From an uncultured Alphaproteobacteria bacterium (GTDB lineage: Bacteria; Pseudomonadota; Alphaproteobacteria; Rhizobiales; Hyphomicrobiaceae): 64,000 bases of DNA. The notes beneath the pieces are model-generated. The model made no database searches. It saw nothing but the letters and a program-made list of their open reading frames with translations, and was not told where the DNA came from. A program made the position numbers and the translations under genes. The first letter of the stretch is position 1. Each line of letters opens with the position of its first letter. Positions 58,472 through 64,000 of this stretch are shown in pieces. The stretch spans positions 375,089-439,088 of the forward strand of contig CAVZEC010000012.1 of the NCBI GenBank assembly GCA_963774165.1, given 5' to 3'.

Positions 58472-61201
58472 TCAGCGTGAAGTCGCGGCGGTCGGCGAGA
58501 GCGCCGTCTGCGCCACCGGGAGCGTGATCGTGAAGGCCGCGCCCGGCCTGTCGGCGCGGTTGGCGGCGCCGATGCTGCCGTGCATGGCCTCGATGAAGCC
58601 CTTGGAGATCGCCAGGCCCAGGCCGGTGCCCGCACGCACCCGGTCGCCTTTCTGGGCGCGGTAGAATTTCTCGAAGATGCGCTCCAGATCGTCCGGCGGG
58701 ATGCCGCCGCCCTCGTCGAGGACCTGGATGCTGACGGCTCTGCCGTCGCGCCAGCCCTTGATGAGGATGGTGGTTTCGCTCGGCGCGTACTTGGCGGCAT
58801 TGTCCAGCAGGTTGAACAGCACCTGCTCGAGGAGCACGGCGTCCACGGACACCATCGGCAGGTCGGCCGCCACCTCCAGCACCACCGCGTGCCGCGACAG
58901 GATCTTGCTCGCACGCCGCAGCGTGCTGCCGATGATCTCGCCTACGTCATACGGCGCCGAGTTGGGCACCACGGCGCCGGACTCGAGCTTGGTCATGTCG
59001 AGCAGGTTGGCGATGAACCGGTTCAGCCGTTCGGCCTCGTCGATGATGGTGGCGAGCAGATCCACCTTGGCGGCGTCGTCCAGCGAGGGCGCCATGTCGC
59101 GCAGGGCGCCCGCGGCACCGAGGACGGAGGCAAGAGGCGTCTTGAGATCGTGCGAGATCGAGGTGAGCAGCGCGGACCGCAACCGCTCGGTCTCCATCGT
59201 GCGCTTGACGCGATCGATGTCCTCGACGAGGCGGACACGCTCGATCGCCAGCGCGGTCTGATCGACCAGCGCGTGCAGCAGGCGGCGCTGGTCGGCGGTC
59301 AGCAGAGGGCCGGGGCCGTCGCGATCGATGCCGAGGATGCCGATGGTGCCGCGGCCCGTGCGCATCGGCGTGAACAGCCACTTGGCGCCGGGCAGCGTGT
59401 CGGAATCGCGGCCGGCAACGCGGTCCTTCTCCCAGGCCCAGCGGGCCGCCGCGAGGTCGGCTTCCTCCAGCGTGTCCTCCGGCGGATAGCCGGCCCTGAC
59501 GGCGATCGCGCCGTCCTCGGGCAGCAGGACCACGACGCGGACCTTCAGCATCAGCGCGGTCTGGTAGGCGGTGGCCCACAGCGCGTCGTCGAGTGGTCCG
59601 ACGCCGGCGAGCTTGCGGCTGAAGGCGTAGAGCAACTCGATCGTGCGCACGCGCTCCAGCGCCGTGACGGTGTGCGCCCGCCCGCGCGCGGCCATGTTGG
59701 AGACCACCACCGCGACGATGGTGAACAGCACGAACGCCGCCACGTTGGTGGGATCGGTGATGGTGAAGGTGTAGACCGGCGGCAGGAAGAAGAAGTTGTA
59801 GGCGAGCGACGCGGCCACCGTGGCCACCAGCGAGGGCAGCAGGCCGAAGCGCAGCGCGATGCCGACAATGGCCATCAGCAGCACGAGATCGACGTTCTCG
59901 ATGCCGAGCATCGGTTGCAGGGCCTTGCCCGCGCCGACCGCAAGGCCGACCGCCAGCAGTGCGGCGATATAGGGCAAGGGGTCGAAGGGACCCGGGGTTT
60001 CCGCCGCTTGCGTCGGCTTGGCCTCGCCGGCTTTCGCATCGCTCGTATCGCCGGGTACCACGTGCACGCCGATGTTGCCGGCGCGCCGGACGAGGTCGTG
60101 CACCACCGAGCCGTTCACGATCTCGAACCAGCGCGAGCGCGTGGACTTGCCGATGACGATATGGGTGACATTCTGCCTGCGCGCGAACCCCAGCACGTCG
60201 TCGGCGATGCGTCGGGCGCCGGAGGGGAGCGTGATGGCCTCTCCGCCCAGGCGCTCGGCCAGCCGCATGGTCTCGGCCAGCCGGTCGCGCTCGGCCTCGC
60301 TGAACTGGAGGCTTCGCCGCGTCTCGATGCAGATTGCCGTCCAGGGCGCGTGCAGCCGGTCCGCCAGCCGCTTGGCGTAGCGCACCAGCCCGGCGGACTT
60401 CGGATCCTCGCTCACGCACACCAGGATGCGCTCGCCCGCGGCCCAGGGACCGGAAATGGCCTGGGCCTGCATCTGCTCGAGCAGCTGCTCGTCGACGCGC
60501 TCGGCCGTGCGCCGCAGCGCAAGCTCGCGCAGCGCCGTCAGGTTGGTGGGCGAGAAATAATTCTTGAGCGCACGCTCGGCCTGCTTGGGGACGTAGACCT
60601 TGCCCTCTTTCAGGCGCTGGATCAGGTCGTCGGGCGTGAGATCCACGAGCTCGACGGCGTCGGCGCGGTCGAGGATGGCATCGGGCACCGTCTCGCGCAC
60701 GCGCACGCCCGTGATCTGGGCGACGACGTCGTTCAGGCTCTCGACGTGCTGAATGTTGACGGTGGTGTAGACGTCGATGCCGTTCTCCAGCAGCTCCTCG
60801 ACGTCCTGGTAGCGCTTGGCGTGGCGGCTGCCGGGAATGTTGGTGTGCGCCAGCTCGTCGACCAGGACGAGACCGGGGCGCCGCTTGAGAGCCGCATCGA
60901 TGTCGAATTCGCTGAGGATGCGGTTGACGTAGATGGTCGGCTTGCGCGGCAGGACCTGCAGGCCCTCCAGCAGCGCCTCGGTCTCCTTGCGCCCGTGCGT
61001 CTCGACCACTCCGACGACGACGTCCACGCCCTCCGCGAGCTTGGCGCGGGCCGCCTGCAGCATCTCGTAGGTCTTGCCCACCCCCGGCGCCGCGCCCACG
61101 AAGATCTTGAGCTTGCCGACCTGGGGGCCGGCCCGCCTGGCCGCCTCCAGCAGGGCATCGGGCGAGGGCCGCTGCTCGGGGTCGCGTCGCTGATCGGCCA
61201 T
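58472..61201 (-). CDS. kdpD: sensor histidine kinase KdpD
   Basis: The KdpD N-terminal P-loop domain is KIFVGAAPGVGKTYEML...VVETHGR...LVDELAHTN...NIQHVESL. It is followed by a Usp-like domain, four TM segments, a GAF-like region, the H-box SHDLKTPL and the N/G boxes (NLLDNAAKY, GTGLGLAI). The start is at the ATG at 61201. Confidence 0.9.
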   Translation of the reverse strand: MADQRRDPEQRPSPDALLEAARRAGPQVGKLKIFVGAAPGVGKTYEMLQAARAKLAEGVDVVVGVVETHGRKETEALLEGLQVLPRKPTIYVNRILSEFDIDAALKRRPGLVLVDELAHTNIPGSRHAKRYQDVEELLENGIDVYTTVNIQHVESLNDVVAQITGVRVRETVPDAILDRADAVELVDLTPDDLIQRLKEGKVYVPKQAERALKNYFSPTNLTALRELALRRTAERVDEQLLEQMQAQAISGPWAAGERILVCVSEDPKSAGLVRYAKRLADRLHAPWTAICIETRRSLQFSEAERDRLAETMRLAERLGGEAITLPSGARRIADDVLGFARRQNVTHIVIGKSTRSRWFEIVNGSVVHDLVRRAGNIGVHVVPGDTSDAKAGEAKPTQAAETPGPFDPLPYIAALLAVGLAVGAGKALQPMLGIENVDLVLLMAIVGIALRFGLLPSLVATVAASLAYNFFFLPPVYTFTITDPTNVAAFVLFTIVAVVVSNMAARGRAHTVTALERVRTIELLYAFSRKLAGVGPLDDALWATAYQTALMLKVRVVVLLPEDGAIAVRAGYPPEDTLEEADLAAARWAWEKDRVAGRDSDTLPGAKWLFTPMRTGRGTIGILGIDRDGPGPLLTADQRRLLHALVDQTALAIERVRLVEDIDRVKRTMETERLRSALLTSISHDLKTPLASVLGAAGALRDMAPSLDDAAKVDLLATIIDEAERLNRFIANLLDMTKLESGAVVPNSAPYDVGEIIGSTLRRASKILSRHAVVLEVAADLPMVSVDAVLLEQVLFNLLDNAAKYAPSETTILIKGWRDGRAVSIQVLDEGGGIPPDDLERIFEKFYRAQKGDRVRAGTGLGLAISKGFIEAMHGSIGAANRADRPGAAFTITLPVAQTALSPTAATSR

Positions 61202-61502
61202 GTATCGCACGCCCTTCGGCCGGCCTCGTTGACCGGCGGCGTTCACATTGCGCAACCGCGCGATCTAAGCAGGTTGTGTGCGCTGCGCCAACACGAGAGC
61301 CATCGCCGAGAGCCGACGAGAGCACACTCCTGTGAGCAAGCATCCCCTGAGGACCGGGCGATGGGAACCGCATGCCTACCGACGGGGTTGAGAAGCTGGA
61401 GCTTCAGCGTCGATCGAACGTCCGGGAATGCGCTGTCACTCCGCGTCGCCTGCAGTCGCAGGCCTCGAGTTGTCGATCCCACCTCGAAACAGCGAGCAAG
61501 CC

Positions 61503-63369
61503 ATGAGCGACGCAGCCGGGGCGACCACTCCCGCCCGCCCCTCCTCGGCAATGGTTTTCCTGAAACGGGCGATGGGCTTCTGGAAGGGTCCGCAGCGCGC
61601 CACCGCCTGGCTTTGGACCGCGAGCGCCCTCGTTCTGGTCTTGGCCAACCTGGCGGTGACCGTCGGCATCAACCGATGGAACAAGTGGTTCTTCGACGCG
61701 CTCGAGGCCAAGGACGGAAGCACGCTGGTGGCCCTGGTTCTCACCATCATCGTCCTGGTGGCGTTGGGTGCGGCCTTCGCCGTGGCCATGGTGCGATGCC
61801 GGATGACCCTGCAGGTCAAATGGCGACAGTGGCTGACCGGCGAGCTGCTGACGCGCTGGCTGACCCAGCAGCGCTATTACCGGCTGGCGGTGACGGACGA
61901 GGAGCAGATCAACCCCGAGTACCGCATTGCCGACGACCTGCGGCTGGCGTCGGAGCCGGTCGTGGAGTTCGCGATCGGCTTCATCAACGCGGTGCTGGCG
62001 GCTGTCACGTTCGTCGGCATCCTGTTCTGGGTCGGCGGATCGCTGACGATGACGATCGGCGGAACGACCCTGTGGATCCCCGGCTACATCGCCATCGCGG
62101 CGGTGCTCTACGCATCCGTCGTCTCCGGCCTGACCTACCTGATCGGCAATCCGCTGGTGGCGCGCGTGGCCGCCAAGAACGAAGGCGAGGCGCAGTTTCG
62201 CTACGAGCTGACGCGGGTGCGCGAGAACGCCGAGAGCATCGCCCTCATCAAGGGAGCGGACGACGAGCGCGGACGCCTCAACGAGACGTTCGCCGAGCTC
62301 GTCGCCCGCTGGCTGCACGTGATCAAGCAGCACAGCCATTTGACGTGGCTGCTGAATGCCAACGCGTTCTTCTCTCCCGTCTTCCCCGTGCTGCTGGCGA
62401 CGCCGAAATACCTCGCCGGCGAGCTCACGCTGGGATCGGTCATGCAGATCGCCACGGCGTTCACGGCCGTGCTGACCGCGCTGAACTGGTTTGCCGACAA
62501 CTTCATCCGCCTCGCCGAATGGTCGGCATCCGCCCAGCGCGCCGACGAGCTGCACATCGCTCTCGACGAGATGGATGACGACGTCGCCAAGACGGCCGCC
62601 ATCGTCATCGACAATACCGGCGCGGAGCACATCGAGCTGCGCGACCTCTCGATCGTGCATCGTGACGGGCGGGTGGTGATCGACGATGCCGATATCACGG
62701 TGGCGCCGGGAGAGCGGGTGCTGCTCGGGGGCGAATCCGGCTCCGGCAAGAGCACGCTCATCCGGGCCATCGCGGGGCTGTGGCCGTGGGGCGAGGGGCA
62801 TATCCTGCTGCCGGCGGGGGCCAAGCTCGCGTTCGTCCCGCAGCGGCCCTACATCCCCCTCGGCACCTTGCGCGACGCCATCGCCTATCCCGTGGAAGGC
62901 AAACTTCTGGCGGACGAGCGTGCGCACGCCGTGCTGAAGGACGTCGGGCTCGGCTACCTGTCGGCCAAGCTCGACGCCGAGGATGAGCGGTGGGACCAGA
63001 CGCTGTCGGGCGGAGAGCGCCAGCGCATCGCATTCGCGCGCCTGCTGATCGAGCAGCCCAATATCATCATCATGGACGAGGCGACGGCGGCGCTCGACAT
63101 CGACAGCGAGTTCCGGCTTCTCACCTTGCTGTTCGAGCGCCTGCCCAAGGCCACCATGCTCAGCGTCGGGCATCGCCCGGGTCTGCAGGAGTTGCACAGC
63201 CGTCTGCTGAACTCTGCAGCGGCGCCCGACCGGCGGACGGATCGTGCAGACCAAGACGCGCGACAGGGATGCGTGGAAACGCATTCGCCGCGCGGCGGTG
63301 CGCATCCTGAGGCGTCCGCCACCGGACCAGCCGGGGCAGGAAGGTCAGGCGGGCAGCCCTAAACCTTGA
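61503..63369 (+). pseudogene. ABC transporter permease/ATPase fusion (ABC_membrane_2 / SbmA-BacA-ABCD-like), +1 frameshift at 63213 near the 3' end
   Basis: The TMD contains NRWNKWFFDALE and EGEAQFRYELTRVRENAESIAL. The NBD has GESGSGKSTL, LSGGERQRIAFARL and IIIMDEAT. After ...HSRLLN the listed frame becomes Ala/Arg/Asp-rich. The next frame reads LQRRPTGGRIVQTKTRDRDAWKRIRRAAVRILRRP... to a stop at 63367-63369. Confidence 0.8.
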
Positions 63370-64000
63370 ACTCCTCCATCTTGGCGACGGCGGAGCGGAG
63401 CGCCTCCGACCAGGCGGAGGAGAGCTTGCGGAAGTATTCGTCGTCCTGCTCGATGCGCTTCTCGCGGCGCACGTCGAGGCTATCGCGCTCGTAGATCAGC
63501 AAGTCGATCGGCAATCCCACCGACAGGTTCGAGCGCAAGGTGGAGTCGAACGACAGCAGCGCCAGCTTGGCCGCCTCGCCCAGCCGCATGTTGGGCTGCA
63601 CCACGCGGTCCAGGATCGGCTTGCCGTACTTGTGCTCGCCGATCTGGAAGAACGGCGTGTCGCCGGTCGCCTCGATGAAGTTGCCTTCGGGGTAGATGTG
63701 GAACAGGCGCGGCACCTCGTCGCCGATCTGGCCGCCGAGGATGAAGTTGGCGTTGAAGCTGGTGCCGCCCGCCTCCAGCGAGGGGCCATCGACGCGGTGC
63801 ACCTGGCGGACGGCCTCCCCCACCAGGCGCGCGGCGCGGTAGAGCGACGGGACGGTGAACAGGCTCTCCGCGCCGGGCGAGAGCCCCTCGACCAGCTGCT
63901 CGTTGAGGATGCTGATCACGGACTGCGTCACCGCCAGGTTGCCGGCAGACATGAGCACCACCACGCGCTCGCCCATCTTGCGCCAGTAGTGCAGCTTGCG
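63359..64000 (-). CDS. proteasome-type protease (Anbu-like bacterial proteasome homologue), 5' end beyond the window
   Basis: The sequence is GERVVVLMSAGNLAVTQSVISIL...NANFILGGQIGDEVPRLFHIYPEGNFIEATGDTPFFQIGEHKYGKPILDR...LSFDSTLRSNLSVGLPIDLLIY. The frame stays open upstream of the listed ATG (RKLHYWRK precedes it) to position 64000. Confidence 0.75.
   Translation of the reverse strand, partial: RKLHYWRKMGERVVVLMSAGNLAVTQSVISILNEQLVEGLSPGAESLFTVPSLYRAARLVGEAVRQVHRVDGPSLEAGGTSFNANFILGGQIGDEVPRLFHIYPEGNFIEATGDTPFFQIGEHKYGKPILDRVVQPNMRLGEAAKLALLSFDSTLRSNLSVGLPIDLLIYERDSLDVRREKRIEQDDEYFRKLSSAWSEALRSAVAKMEEFKV

Noticed and set aside
58580-62578. 1332-aa plus-strand ORF, the longest in the track
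   Set aside because: It is antisense to kdpD for most of its length and then runs across the divergent intergenic region into the ABC exporter out of frame. Its R/G/D/H-rich composition has no domain signatures. kdpD on the opposite strand is unambiguous.
61404-63305. 633-aa minus-strand ORF opposite the ABC exporter
   Set aside because: It is an antisense shadow. The plus strand carries clear Walker A, signature and Walker B motifs and TM segments.

Overview
High-GC alphaproteobacterial chromosome segment. Gene content and the palindromic repeat families look Bradyrhizobiaceae/Nitrobacteraceae-like, but I cannot confirm this without a database search. I support about 55 protein-coding genes, mostly housekeeping, transport and signalling. 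They include dgoK-dgoA, a CurA-like oxidoreductase, an EamA transporter, chpT plus a single-domain response regulator, cysQ, bpt, hemB, a class III cyclase, a MarR regulator with an RND efflux pair, an HD-GYP-like/LuxR regulator, and a PstS-like protein coupled to a PAS-GGDEF-EAL enzyme. They also include the full pstSCAB-phoU-phoB operon followed by the betaine-lipid genes btaA-btaB, an M20 amidohydrolase, an orphan kdpD, an ABC_membrane_2-type ABC exporter and a partial Anbu proteasome homologue. I saw no rRNA, tRNA, CRISPR array, transposase or integrase. The supplied ORF track is full of long antisense or off-frame shadow ORFs typical of high-GC DNA, which I rejected. It also omits one real gene, a TPR-CHAT protein at 1..1910 on the minus strand, because that gene runs off the window edge. 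Three things stand out. (1) There are eleven reading-frame breaks; ten are single-base +1 insertions, and nine of the eleven fall in three operon-like units (the other two are in hemB and the ABC exporter). (2) A tightly packed trio (Tat-signal protein-isoaspartyl methyltransferase, 920-aa membrane-embedded spermidine-synthase-like protein, secreted hydrolase-like protein) sits next to a truncated glutathionylspermidine-synthase remnant. (3) A signal-peptide-bearing PAAR-like protein appears to form an operon with a secreted TPR-CHAT protein, with no T6SS genes nearby. All family assignments come from reading motifs in the translations by eye. No HMM or BLAST search was run.
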